A stretch of 58,423 nt of DNA, filler included, from Catajapyx aquilonaris (Eukaryota), in NCBI GenBank assembly GCA_000934665.2. It is 4 parts of 4 records of this genome, joined end to end, with 100 filler letters (N's around TTAATTAATTAA, not from the genome) between each part and the next. Parts side by side here need not be neighbours in the genome. Positions count along the whole stretch, not along the records: positions 1 to 14,507 come from JYFJ02007757.1; 3 more parts are not named here. One strand, written 5' to 3'. The translations under genes were made by a program, and so were the position numbers. The first letter of the stretch is position 1. Each line of letters opens with the position of its first letter. Positions 1-12,845 of this stretch are shown in pieces. Under the pieces are notes generated by a model. It did not search any database. It was not told the DNA's origin and worked only from the letters and a program-made list of their open reading frames with translations.

Positions 1-401
1 GGTCACGTGGTATATGGACGACCCCTTAGGGGATCCTCCTGTAATTACTTACATTTTTCATTCATACTCCTGCATGATATTGAAAGTGGGAGGGAATAGG
101 GGAAAACCCACTCAAACACACAGAAGCCATTGAAATTAATTCCATAGAGAGGGAGAGGGGGGAGGGAGAGGGAGAGAATGTCAGTGTCATGAACCAGTGA
201 TGCTTGGTGTGCTGATAGGTCCTATCTTCAAGGAGTCATTTTTAAATACTCAATATTGCTGAGAGTTTCGAATATCCTTTCAGGTATAAAATTAACGATT
301 GGTTGGTTGGCTATATTAAATGATTCATTTGGCACAGGGTCCTGAAGTCCATTCTTGGCACCCAGCTTTTTGCTTACTTGTATGTTTTAAACTCCTCCAT
401 T

Positions 402-735
402 GGGGGAAGGCATGGTGGCCGAGATGGTAACGTCTCAGTGGAAGGTCCCTGGTTTGATCCCCACCCGGGAGTTCCCTTTTGCCTGCGCCAGTGGGTGTCT
501 CACCCGCGCCTTAGGAGGCGTCTTGGCAACCTAGCCTCCAAGGGGACTGCACATGACCCTTTTCAGACATTGCACTTGCACCAGTGTCCCCTCCCCAAAA
601 TTCCCCATCCTTACCCTACATCCTTCAAGTCCCTGCATGGAGTTCGAAGAAAAGTAAGAAAAATCTATTCTAATGGTGGTAATCCACCCCCCTAAGAGAC
701 CACTGCTCTATCACAAGGTTTAAAAAACAAAAGAA
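402..735 (+). mobile_element. tRNA-derived SINE family A
   Basis: A-box TGGCCGAGATGG, degenerate B-box GGTTTGATCCC, shared body and A-rich tail; homologous to five other copies in the window. Confidence 0.8.
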
Positions 736-1115
736 GCCTTGAGACAGCAGTAAAAACAAGGTGAACAAGTATCAATGAGTTATTACTTATGATTCTCCTA
801 GATGGAGCAAGGTCCCCTGACTTGATAATTTGGCTTGGAACCTGCTGTTGGTACAAAAGTGATCATAATATGAGATTTTGGGTTTTATCATAATCTGACC
901 TGATGAAACCTGAGTTACCATACTAAAATCACCCAGCATTGTTGACATTTTAACAATGATCAGTGGAATGTCCCACGTATCTGAATGTAAGTGTCACTAT
1001 GGAGGAGGAGAATGGTGGGAGAAACAGAAGAACACTTCATAGTGAATGTGTGAAAATTTAATGAGTGTCTTGGGATAATTGGTAAATTGGAGACCTCTTC
1101 TTTCTTTTTTGAAAG

Positions 1116-4100
1116 GGTGAAGGCTTCATACCCACTTGAACGAGCCAATGTTAACAAACGGCAGGAGGAAATACAGGATCTGTGGGACCAATTGAAGGAT
1201 AAGGCAGCTGACAGAAGGTCCCGACTTGAGGAAGCAGTAGGCCAACAGATCTTCATGAACAATGCAAAGAGTCTGGTAAGTGTCCTGGTTTCAGTCAGTT
1301 TTGGCCATTCTTTTTATAACGACAATGTTATTGACAGTTGGCTTGGGTTGAGGATGTGAAAGAAGCTCTGGCCATTGACAAACCAGCCAGGGATGTGGCC
1401 ACAGCAGAAGCACTGCTTAAGAAGCACGAGGAATTGGGAGATGACATTCGGACTCATCAACATGAGTTAGTATGCTTACTTGTTAATGGTCTTGGAGTTG
1501 GGTTATGATTGTGATTTGGAGCGAAAGTGATGTGTTGGATACCACTCAGTCATAAAAGAAGGCCAGTTTTGTGGAAAATATATTTTAATTCTTTGAAATA
1601 CTCCATGATGCCTGGATATGTAACCATGAAGCTGTAATTAATCCTATAATAACAACATGGAATCAACCACTTGTCCTGGGTTTACCTTATTTACATAGCT
1701 GGCCCTTAATTCATTTGTCCCTTTACTCCTCTTGTTATTATAACCAGACTTCTGGTGCATTGCTTTGAATTAATTTGATTTTTTATTAGGTTTACTGAAG
1801 TGATAAACCTGGGAACCAAGCTGCTCAAAAAGAACCCGGACTGCAAAGAGATTCGTGACCAGCTAGTCCGATTGCAGACAGAAGGAAAAGCCATCTACAG
1901 CAGCTGGCAGGAGAAGGGAGACTGGCTGAGACAATGTGTGGACCTACAGATGTTTAATAGAGAGGCTGATCAAATCGATGCTGCAACTGGGAGCCACGAG
2001 ACATTCTTGGAATTTGAGGACCTAGGGGTGAGGGAAAGTTTACTTGGATATGATGATCCTGTTTTTCTTTTTGACTTCTACATCGCAGGGAGTAAAATGT
2101 GAATGTGACAATGAAATTAGGCCTTTCATTCAGGCTTCCTTTTAGCCTGTTTACATGAGGCAGCTGCTAACATCCCATAAGTGGGACCTGCCAATAAGCG
2201 TGGAGATCCTCATCCATCCATCTGCTGCATAAAGACTGACAAGTGGAGGACGGATTTCCAAGCTGATTAGTGGGCCACTCTTAGGTTTTGTTAGCAGTGT
2301 AAATGAGCCTTAACTCAGAACTTGAACTGAGAAACTGACAAACAAATGAGGATTGATGTGCAAGTGCCATTCAAAGATGGCTCATATACAGGGTGAAGGG
2401 AAACTCGCGGCCAGTCACCAGGTAGGCTGATAGTACTCGAAAAACCTATATAGGGATGTGGAATTAGTTTTGGGCGGTGGTGCATAGTTAATGCATACAG
2501 CCAGCCCCTTTAAAGTGTAGAGGGCCAGGTGGTAAAATGAGGTAAAAACCACAAAGTGCACGGGTGTCGTACCTGGATTCTTAATCTGATGGGATTTGAT
2601 CGCTTAATGCACATTGCATTAGGCCCGGGGACCATGGCTGCATTATTCGGAGGCTCTTGGGCTTCTTTTGCTTATTTGAAACTGACGGAGCGGATGTGAC
2701 GTCATGAAACTTTAAAGGTACAGCATGCATTAACTACGGTATGGCACCCAAAACTAATTGCACATCCCTATATTAGGTTTGCGAGTACTATCAGTCTACC
2801 TGGCGATTGGGCGAGAGTTTTCCTTCACCCAGTATTGTGCCAGAGACTTGAGAGGCCTGTGTTACTTGCCTTGCTTTTGTTTTCTGTAATCTTCTATTCC
2901 ATGGTGGTTTAGTGTTATATAATTTTCTACTATGCAATTAATTTTTATATACCTGTCTCAATCATTTAGCTTGCATCTGTATTGGCAGAAATTTTGAGCC
3001 TACAAGTCATGTTGGCCTGCAGGGGGGGAGGAAAGAGATAGAGAGAGTTGGTGAAGGGAAGGTGCGTGTTTGGTTTGGATGGGCTAAAATTGGGTGGACT
3101 CAAGAATACAAACTCGACACGGGAGAATCTGTGATATTTTAACCACTATGGATGTTAGCTAAATGAGACACGTGGTATTTTCAGGCATAATAGAATTTAG
3201 TAGGCTACTGTGTATAGTTTTCCATTTTTAATTTTTTACCCTTGTACTACGTATCACATGCATCGAAAGCTTTGCAACAATGTTATTTGTAATGAAAATG
3301 ATGGAAATTGATTATCAATTGTGTGGGGTTTTCAGAATTCCTTGGATGATGTAGAGGCTTTGCTAAAGCGGCATGAAGATTTTGAGAACACACTGAGTGC
3401 TCAGGATGAGCGTTTGAAGTCGTTTAGTGAGATGGCTGACAAGCTGATTGCTGCAAGGCATTACAATAGCAACAAGTAAGGCATCAATAATCTTATTGCA
3501 ATTGAAACATGTACTTATCTGGTACTCAAATCGGAAACCTTTGACTGCAGAAGATATGTATTCTTCTCACCCTGATTTCATGTTTTTAATTTTGATGGTC
3601 CATAGGTTTTTAGAATTTATTTCATGTGGCCTAGAAGTGGAAGCAACCAAAAATATTCTGGCCATAATTTAAAACATTTTATTTCTTATTTACTTCCCTT
3701 GGGGGAATTTGATTGATATGTCACAGTTTTAAAACCATGACATATGAAACTGACCTGGTACCTTTCCAGCATACATGACCGCCGTAATCAAGTCCTGAGT
3801 CGCCGTGCCGATGTCAAGTCAAAGGCATCAGATCGCAAGAAGATGTTGTTGGCATCTCAACAGTACCAGGAGTTTAGAGCAGATGTGGAGGACATGAAGT
3901 CTTGGATTGCAGAAAAACACAAAATGGCTGTTGATGAGTCATACCGAGATTTGTCCAACCTAGAGAGGAAACTCAAAAAACACGAAGCATTTGAGAGGGA
4001 GCTCAGGGCCAATGAGGGTCGACTGAAGAACGTTAACAAGGTTAGGACTAACAGACTGGTAACTGATTTTGGGATATGTGACTCAAGTGTTTGTCTTGCA

Positions 4101-7100
4101 GAGTGGGCACAGGTTGATGGCAGCTAACCACTTTAACAAACCTCAGATTCTGGAGGGTTTGGATGATTTGAATCATGATTGGGAGATTTTGTGTGCCAGG
4201 GCCCAGGAGAAAGGAAGAAAGTTGCACCAGGCTTCTGCTGAGCACAAATATAACAAGTAGGTTGCCACCATTATTGTTACAAAGTGGCATCATGGCAATG
4301 TATTCTTTTCTTCTTTTTTCTCCAGGACCCTGGATGATACCAAAGTGAGGCTTGATGAAATTGAGGCTGCACTGCAGTCCAATGAACTGGGCACTGATCT
4401 TCGGAATTGTAAAGACTTGCTCAAGAAACAACAGGTAATATTAGAATATCTGTAATTGTCCAGAATTGATCATTGTGAATGCTCAGTGAAAAATGAATTC
4501 CAGGTACTCGAAAGCGATGTGTCCCAACTCAAACAAAAAATCGACAATCTTGTGTCTCTTGGTGATGAAATGGCTCAAGATGGTCACTTTGATGCAGATA
4601 AGATTGTCAGATCCAGCCAAGAGTGTCAAGACAGGTATGTCTAAGTTTCTTGGTTATGCAACAACATCATAGTGCTAACGTAGCATTACAACACTCCAAA
4701 AGTAAATACTGTTTGGCTGTAAATGTTATGAACAATGCTGTTTTACCCCATGTAGTGGCATGCCAGTATGAACGGGGGCTGGTATACCCCGGGGAAACAG
4801 CTGTCCAGTATAAAGTGTGTCATTTTTGTGGATTTTCTTCTTTACTTCAAAATTACCCATATTCCCAATAAAATAAATACGAAGACATTCAAATGTAGGG
4901 GGGCACAGTGGTCTAGTGGCTATGCTACTGGCCAGCTAAGCAGGAGGCCTGGGGTCAGCTTTAATTATTACTTGTGCAATGGCATTTTGGACTTCCCATG
5001 CCAGTAGCTCTCATGTAGACACCACTTGCTTTGCAAGTAGCAAGTGCCCATGTAGACATGCCTTTACTCGAGATTCGGAACAGTTCAAGTGGGGCAATTT
5101 TGAGCACTCTGACCATGGTCCAGACCTTGTATCAAGTGACTGTCAAGTGTTTGGCAGCCAAGAGCCTAACAATTGACCAAGAGCTAGGAGGAATGGGCCT
5201 GATGGTGAGAGCAATTAACTTAGGTCTACAAAATCTGCCCTTATGGTTCGAAAAATGCGCCACTCAATGTTATATGTTTGTGCAATGGCAGTGAAAGATA
5301 TGTGCCATCATGTGGCTATGTTAATTTTTATCATTGGGAAAAAAATTTATGCTAAAATGATGTGCTTTTGGAATGTGGTAATGTAATTTGCTGAGTGAGA
5401 TAAACTATGCAGCTTATCATATTCAGTAAGCAGTTTTGAGGAATGGACATAATGGACCACCAATAATGTCGCCAACTGTAGTATTAAGATAAATATTGAA
5501 TTTATTTTTCTAGATTTAATGGATTGAGAGGTCCATTACTGGATCGCAGAGCAGCCTTGGAAGAAGCTCTCTGCTTCCAGAAGTTCCTGTTTCAAGTAGA
5601 AGCAGAGCTTCAGTGGATCAGGGAGCACTTGCTCCCTGCAAAAGCAGGAACTGTTGGTGACAACCTGCACCAGGCACAGACGCTTCATAAGAAGCACAAG
5701 AAGCTGGAGGCAGAGATCCAAGGGCACCAGCCTATGATAGACAAGACCCTGGCAAATGGGCAGTCTCTTTTAGATCAGCAGCACCCACAGGAAAATCAAG
5801 TGAGTTTTTCTATTCATTTGGCAAAATACGTTTAGTCTATGCTGATAGCGAGGGTTAATCAATAATTTTTTACTGCCAGTTTTCGGCCCTTTGCATCTGT
5901 TGGGTTCTCCACAATAGGTAAATTAGGTGTATTACCATATGTTGTGTTATTTGAAGAGTAGGATATGCAGTTGATATAGTGACATTTTTAAAACTGTGTG
6001 GCATGGATTTTTGTGGGCTAGGTAAAGCTGTCAGCCACATGCAACTAGCATGCTTACTTTGGCTATTAAATTCTTGAACTGCTTTGGGGGAGGGGGAGGG
6101 CTGATGCCAGGAAATTGCATTATGAAAAATAAAAGGACAGTGGGAATTTGTCATGCTTCACATTACAAAAAATGAATTGTTCTCACAGTGCAACTTATTG
6201 TCCCAATAGAACAAGGGCCCAACTCCAGCCTTTAAAATGGTGGCAGTACAAGAAAAAAATTATAATGATATTGTTAAAGCCCCCCACACAGAAGTAGTAC
6301 TTATATGACTGGAAAGGCAGGAGTTGAGGCCTTGTTCTATTGAGGCATTGAATTAATTTTTACATAAAATGTGGCTCAAAGCTTGACCTATATAATTGTG
6401 TGTGTCTTGGAAATACCTTATGTTTGACCCCCACCAATACTGTTGGCCTTGCCAAATCAGTTTCATTGTGTCCACTTCGACTCTAACCCATGTTTTGCAT
6501 GCATGAAGTACCAGAATGAGATGAAATAGGTTCAAGTCAGTTCATATTTTACTCTCCACACATCAAGTTGTAAGAACTTGTCACAGCTTTGCCATTTCAT
6601 ATCTGTAATGTTCAGGCTTGGAATTTTTCATTATTTGCAATCTTTTAAGTTCTCCTGGCTTTCTTTGACTTTTTAGGGGGTCGTTCATAGATTTAATTTC
6701 ACAACATACATGTCGTCGTGTACAATGTCCATAATATATGAACTTAAGAGTTCATTTTGAATCTCTGTCAATCTTCCTCTGACTTTTACCTATAGTTATG
6801 TGGAGAGGGCATTGCTACTGTATTGCTTCCCAATACATATTTATATTAACACACTACTTGCTGCCATGTTTAGGTGAGATCCAAATGCCAAGAATTAGGA
6901 GTGGCATGGGAGGATCTCCTGGAGTCAGCTCAGGATCGCAACAAGCTGTTAGAGCTGTCCCTCAAGGCACAACAGTTCTTTTTTGATGCAAGTGAGGTGG
7001 AGAGCTGGATGAGTGAGAAGAACAGTTTGCTCTCCTCGAGGGATTATGGAAAAGATGAGGATGCTGCCATTAAGCTACTTACTAAGCACAAGGCCCTGGA

Positions 7101-7563
7101 ATTAGAGCTGGACACATATACAGGACTTGTAGCTGAGATGGGACATATGGCCAGAGCAATGATAAATGCCAAACACCCAGACTCAAAAGTGATTGATAAC
7201 CGGCAACAGCTTGTATCCCAGCAGTTGAAGGAACTGAAAAAGTTGGCCACTGCCCGCAGGCTTAAGCTGATGGAGAGCATGTACAGACATGAATATTTCA
7301 GAGAAAGTGATGAGTTGGAGCAGTGGATCAATGAGCAGCTGCTGACTGCTACCTCAGAGGATTATGGACAAGACTATGAGCACTTGTTGGTAAGTTTTAG
7401 GGACACCACTGGTAAATAGTTGTCATTGATTTTGTAATGCCAAGGTTCAGAACATGAGTTAAGGTATGGAAGCAGGAATCTCTTATTTAAAATGTAACAT
7501 GATGTAACTAATTTGTCACATCTTGTATCAAGCCATCATTATCATCCTGCCTGTTCTTATTAT

Positions 7564-7600
<37 letters not shown>

Positions 7601-10600
7601 TCATACCCCGTTATCAGCCTATCGGCTCTTTAGGGGGGAAGTTTTTGTTTTTGCCTGGGAACTCTTTGCTTTCATTTTACTGCGCTTTTTGGGATAGGAT
7701 AGGGACGGAAGGAAGCGGCTGTGGCCTATTAATTACGGAAACAACTCCAGAATTTTCCTGGAAGGACCGTGGGAAACCACAGAAAACCACGGTCAGAGTT
7801 GCCGACCCCGGGATTTGATCCCAGGACCTCCCGATTAGCAGTCGGACACCATATCCCCTACTCCAAACTGCTTCGGTTGTTCTTATTATGTTAATGGCAT
7901 CTAAGTTGCAATACCACTGATTGACCTGTGAGCCTCACATGCATGTACTGATGGCAAACAAGGAACACTGCTTATCTTAGAGAGATCTTGGTAATTTATC
8001 TGGTAGCCAGTATGCATAAAATATTAGGTTATTTGTAGTCAGTTAAAATAACTGGTATGCTCCCTCCCTCCCCCCCCTCTCTTTCCATCCCTCTCCCTGC
8101 CACACACAGTACTCAAAACTTGCTCCTGCTTTCATGTGGCAAAAACCAGACTGCTTGAGGGGTTGTTTTGCAATCCTTGATTTTCAACCCTTTTTTCAAC
8201 CTTTAAAAATGTATAAATGGTCTAAGCAATGATCATATTGAATGGCAAAAATAATCTCTCCTTGGAACCTTAGAAATGTGTACTGTGCCGTATTTTGACA
8301 GGTATGAGGTAAAATTTATTTATTTTTCTTTTGCAAAGAATAGGAGTAGTGAGCTTTGGAGTCGTGCCCAGCATAGCAATTAATTTTAACTACAAGGAGC
8401 AGTATTTTTTTGCTTACTGATAATGGATAAACGAGCATTGTTCCTTTCTAATACGATAATCAAATATGTGCATAACAGGCTCAAAGGACTTACGCAGCAT
8501 TGCAGCTTAAATTTCAATTAAATATTACGACTGCTTGTAATTTTATTTGAAACTTGGCATTAAAAAATGGGTGTTAATGTGGTAGAAGAATTAGCAGACA
8601 CTATGTAATGTTCAATTACTTTCTGGAACCTGCTGGTCTGAATATGATTTTGTTCAACCTTGATTCAGAAGTATTGGTGCTTAATTCTGTCCATTTGGAA
8701 TCTAATACAATATTTCATATGCAGACTCTTCTAAACAAATTTACTGACTTCAAGCATCGTGTGAGTGTAGGCTCCGAGCGCTTCATGCAGTGTGAAGATC
8801 TGTCACACAAGCTCATTGCCAGTGATAGTCCATATGCAGCTGACATTGAGAGGCGACAAGGGCAGCTCAGGTACATTTGATTACTTTGGTGATTTTAAAG
8901 CATGAGTATAACAATGGTCTGCTCTTCTTGGTGATTTGGGCACTAACAGATTACACACATTCTTTTTCTTCTCTGCTACTTCCTCTGCACAGTAGTCCCA
9001 CTGATGAAGATAATGCAAATGAGCAAGTTGCAGAGAGGCAAGAGAAACTTTGGTAAGCACTAACATCCCTATTGTGTTGTAGTTTTATTAATTGCAAACC
9101 AATGTGACATGGAACACATCAATAATACCATTCTTTGTGCAGTTCACTGGTACCTAATTTACTAAGTTTGCCTGGTTTGTTAGAGGGACAGGGCAATTAC
9201 CATAAGGAGAAAACATCTCCAGAATGTCAACAGAGTTGTGGTAGTGCAATAAGTGATTGATTGAGAAGGAACCAAAGCAACTAGAGCTGTCTGGCTATCT
9301 ATGCACACATCAGCCACACGCCCAGTAAAATCATTGCCAAGACTAATGCATTGTTGTTATGAGTGTTCTCTCTCACCGTATCACAGATGTGTGCTCTTAT
9401 TCTCTTAAAAGAAGTACTTGACCAGCATTTGTTTAACTACTGTTAATGCTGATGGGGTTATTTAAAAACTGATTCTCCTTTTGAGATGCACAAAACCAAT
9501 TAACAGGTAGTTTTTCATTATATTCCATTGTAGTCATGAGAACTGACGTTAAATCATGTACAGCCCCGAGCATAAAAGTTAGAGATGGCAGGCCTCCGGC
9601 ATGGGACTCCGCCAGTCCCCACCATTACGGTATCAAATATACGGTAATAAATACTTGAACACATGCCTACAGCAGCTAACTCGGCTCAAAGAGTCCATTA
9701 ATTCGGGGGGAGGTGTGGTGGCCGAGATGGTAACGTCTTGGCTGGCTGAGTGAAAGGTCCCAGGTTCTATCATGGCCACCTAGAGACAAGCCCAGGGCAC
9801 GGAAACAGGTGGATCGCTGTGACGTCACGCTAGGGGGCAAGCTTTTCCATAAGCGGGCTATGGCGGGAGCACGTTTTTGTACACATTTCAGCGAATTTCG
9901 TCATACCAATGCATCGGAGGCCCATGACACCCTGTAATTGATGTCAGGGAAGTAATGTTGGGATTCCAACGGCACAAAATTCAATTTAGTATGTGTTCAA
10001 TCTGTCTGAATATTCGGTGATATAAGACACAGGATGTTAGGCATGAGGAAGAAAGTGCAGGAATAATTAATAACAATGGGGTTTTTAATTATAAAGTATT
10101 CATTTTAATATTATTTCATCTTTCCTCATTTGTGGAAAGAGTCCAAACATAACATGCAAGTCATACTCATAAGCATTGAAGCAAAATTAGCACATTACAC
10201 AACATAATACATACAGTACATACCCAACACTTGTAGACCAATTGTACAACAATTTTGTAGACCAGTGTTATCTAAATCAGGGTGGATAATTTCGAGGGAA
10301 TAAGTGATTGACATCTGGACGAAGGACAGCTGGGTTTTCCCCCATCATTTACTACTGTCAAACAAAAACATGTGTGATTTTTTCAGATCATTGGAATCAC
10401 CAAATAATTTCCCAGATATCAATTAGAGGGTGTTATGATCCTCCGATGCATTGGTATGAAGGTAATAGAGAAAACGTGTACAAAAATGTGCTCCTGCCAT
10501 AGTCCGCTTATGGAGGAGCTCGCCCCCAAGCGTGACGTCATGATTCTGCCTTGTCTCTAGGTGGCCATGGTTCGATCCCTACCTGGGAGTTCCCTTTCAC

Positions 10601-12091
10601 CTGAGTCGGGAGGGTCTCTGACCCGCACCTTGGAGGTGTCTGGCAACCTAACCTCCTGGGGTACTGCACATGGCTCAAACTTGAGAACTTGCACCTGCGC
10701 TGTGTCCCCTCCCTGAAAATCTCGATCCTTACCCAATGTCCTTGATTCCTTGCACCGGAGAGTGAAGAAAAGGTATTCATAATAGAAAACTGATGGTGGT
10801 GTGCCACCCCCCTATATGGGCTTAGCGCCCTATCACATGGTATTTTTAAAAAAGGATAGAAAAAAAGTCAATTAATTTGAGTCTGATCAAGAAAGGTCAG
10901 AGAAGGCCCGCAGCATCTCCATCTTTATGCTTGAGGCTGTACATTTTTATTTTTCTGATGTCAGCATCAGGCAGCCTCTTAATGATGCTTTATTGAGCAG
11001 GATTGTATACAAAAATTAAAGAAAGTCAATTGGGCATACATCTTTTCCCAACTGATATTCATTAATTGTTGATGGCAAATGTTTTGTTACTTAGATCACA
11101 CTTAAGATTCATCAGCACCAATATTAATGCCCTGTTGTGTGAACTAAATTAAGGGAAAATCATGCACTAGTGAAGATTTTCACAACTAGGCCTAAGTATA
11201 GGTGACATGTGTAGCGTTAGCTCCAAGTACACTGAAGAGATAGGATCTGAAGTAAACCACTTGGGTAGTGTAACAGCTGCTTCTATTATTCTTGAGTATG
11301 GTAAAAGGGGAGAGAGGATAAAACGTGTGATCGGTTAGGTGGGCTGTGTTGCTAGGTGGGGGGGGGGGGGGNACTAGGAGGGGGGTGGCAATACACTAGC
11401 TCCATCTAAGAGTACATTACACAACAACATGGTAGATCTAGAGCCTGTCACAATATTAAATCTGCACAATACTGGTTGAAGGGCAAAGTAAATACTCCCT
11501 TCAGCATTATTGTGTATTCCTGATTCTGCTGTGGTTCTTTTAATTTTCACCTGCCCTTAGGTAAGAGTATAGTTTTGAATGGAAAGGACTAATATGTGCA
11601 AGTATCATGCTGCAAAATTATTAATAATTCCTTGTGAGCCCCACATTGTACAACATGAACCCTAATCTTAAGCTATGTTCTGTAGTGCATCCTGGAACAA
11701 CCTCCTGTCTCGCATATCAGTCCGGGATCAGAAACTTCAGGCTGCCGGTGAGATCCATCGTTTCAACCGTGATGTTGCAGATGCTCTGGGCCGCATTCAG
11801 GAGAAGTACACTGGTATTCCCGAGGACCTGGGTCGCGACCTTCACTCAGTGCAGAACTTGACCCGTAAGCATGAGGGATTTGAGAATGACCTGATGGCAC
11901 TAGAAGCCCAGCTGCAAGTGCTGGTGGATGATGCTGTCAGACTGCAGGGTTTGTATCCAGGGAGCAATGCGGAAGAAATTGGCCAGCAACAAGAAATGGT
12001 GGTTAAGAATTGGGCCATACTACAAGAGAAGGCATCACAGAGGAAGGAGGACCTCAAGGCCAGTGCAGACCTGCACTCTTTTCTATCACTG
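1116..12091 (+). CDS. kst: Beta-heavy spectrin (karst/SPTBN5-like), internal spectrin-repeat exons; partial gene
   Basis: Phase-consistent GT-AG exons: 1116-1275, 1338-1465, 1790-2027, 3336-3475, 3770-4040, 4102-4256, 4326-4434, 4504-4634, 5514-5799, 6874-7389, 8725-8870, (8993-9052 optional), 11686-12091. They translate into consecutive spectrin repeats (DVATAEALLKKHEEL, LERKLKKHEAFERELRAN, DYGKDEDAAIKLLTKHKALELELDTY, LQAAGEIHRFNRDVADALGRIQEK). Assignment to the beta-H chain is from recognition of these peptides. Confidence 0.9.
2389..2832. mobile_element. Tc1/mariner-type MITE (CAGGGTGAAGG ends)
   Basis: About 110-bp imperfect TIRs, TA flanks; fragments of the same family at ~19932-20010 and ~46283-46316. 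Confidence 0.8.
7570..7877 (-). mobile_element. tRNA-derived SINE family B with (ATT)n tail
   Basis: Perfect 18-bp TSD TGTTCTTATTATGTTAAT (7552-7569, 7878-7895); homologous to copies at 52222 and 53768. Confidence 0.9.
8993..9052 (+). CDS. Candidate 60-nt cassette exon of beta-H spectrin (SPTDEDNANEQVAERQEKL)
   Basis: Polypyrimidine tract plus CAG acceptor at 8990-8992 and GTAAGC donor at 9053. Symmetric phase 2-2, open in the spectrin frame. Confidence 0.7.
9705..10861 (+). mobile_element. SINE family A copy interrupted at its B-box
   Basis: Head 9705-9770, body resumes at 10570. Imperfect TSD AAAGAGTCCATTAATT / AAAAAGTCAATTAATT. Confidence 0.8.
9771..10569. mobile_element. Non-autonomous P-superfamily-like element (CATGG...CCATG, 7-bp TSD)
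   Basis: TIR CATGGCCACCTAGAGACAAG plus long subterminal inverted arms. TSD GTTCTAT (9764-9770) / GTTCGAT (10570-10576). Confidence 0.75.
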
Positions 12092-12256
12092 GTGAGTACC
12101 ATTCAATATATGGGACTGTCCAACTAGGAAGGGGAACCCTGCTTAACATAAATGTGGCTTATTTAGCATCTCATTCTCTCATGTTCATGTGGGGAAAATT
12201 CATATCCTGTCTGAAGATCAAATAATCCTTTTTGATTGGGATGTGGTGGCAGACTC

Positions 12257-12845
12257 ACAAGGGAACTGTAATTGTTGATAATGGAGTTGCTGAATGAAAT
12301 TTGGCACAATAATATAGGCAGGTACGTTATTAAACAAAATGCAAACTGTTTTGGTGGAACGATTCAAGGTCAAAAATTATGACCTCTGAAACTCACAAGG
12401 GACACTTTCCAAGGTGTCACCGATTTTCTTGAAATTCGGTACATTGGTAGTCCACCCAAAGGGATGAAAAATCCACCTAAAGTGACCTGCTCAAAATGAC
12501 CTGGTGACCTTTTTGGGGGCTACCAATGCACCGAATTTCAAGAAAATCGGCGAGTTTTCGGCATTTACGAGTTGACCTCTGCCCCCAAAAAGAGGTCACG
12601 GGTCATTTTGAGCAGGTCACTTTAGGTGCGTTTTTCATCCCTTGGGGTGGGCTACCAATGTACTGAATTTCAAGAAAATTGGTGAGACCTTGGAAAGTGT
12701 CCCTTGTGAGTTCCAGAGGTCATAACTTTTGACCTTGTGGGCATCCGCCAAAACAGTTTGAATTTTGTTTAATAACTTACCTGCCTATATTATTGTGCCA
12801 AGTTTCATCCAGCAACTCCATTATCAACACTTACAGTTCCCTTGT
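12257..12845. mobile_element. Foldback element with ~265-bp inverted arms (unclassified)
   Basis: Arms 12257-12520 and 12581-12845 are reverse complements of high identity; related element at 19070-20265. Confidence 0.85.

Larger units (their letters stand above)
9561..10939. mobile_element. TA-flanked Tc1/mariner-type MITE hosting the SINE and the P-like element
   Basis: Imperfect TIRs CAGCCCCGAGCATAAAAG / CTTTATGCTTGAGGCTG, TA on both sides. Confidence 0.65.
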
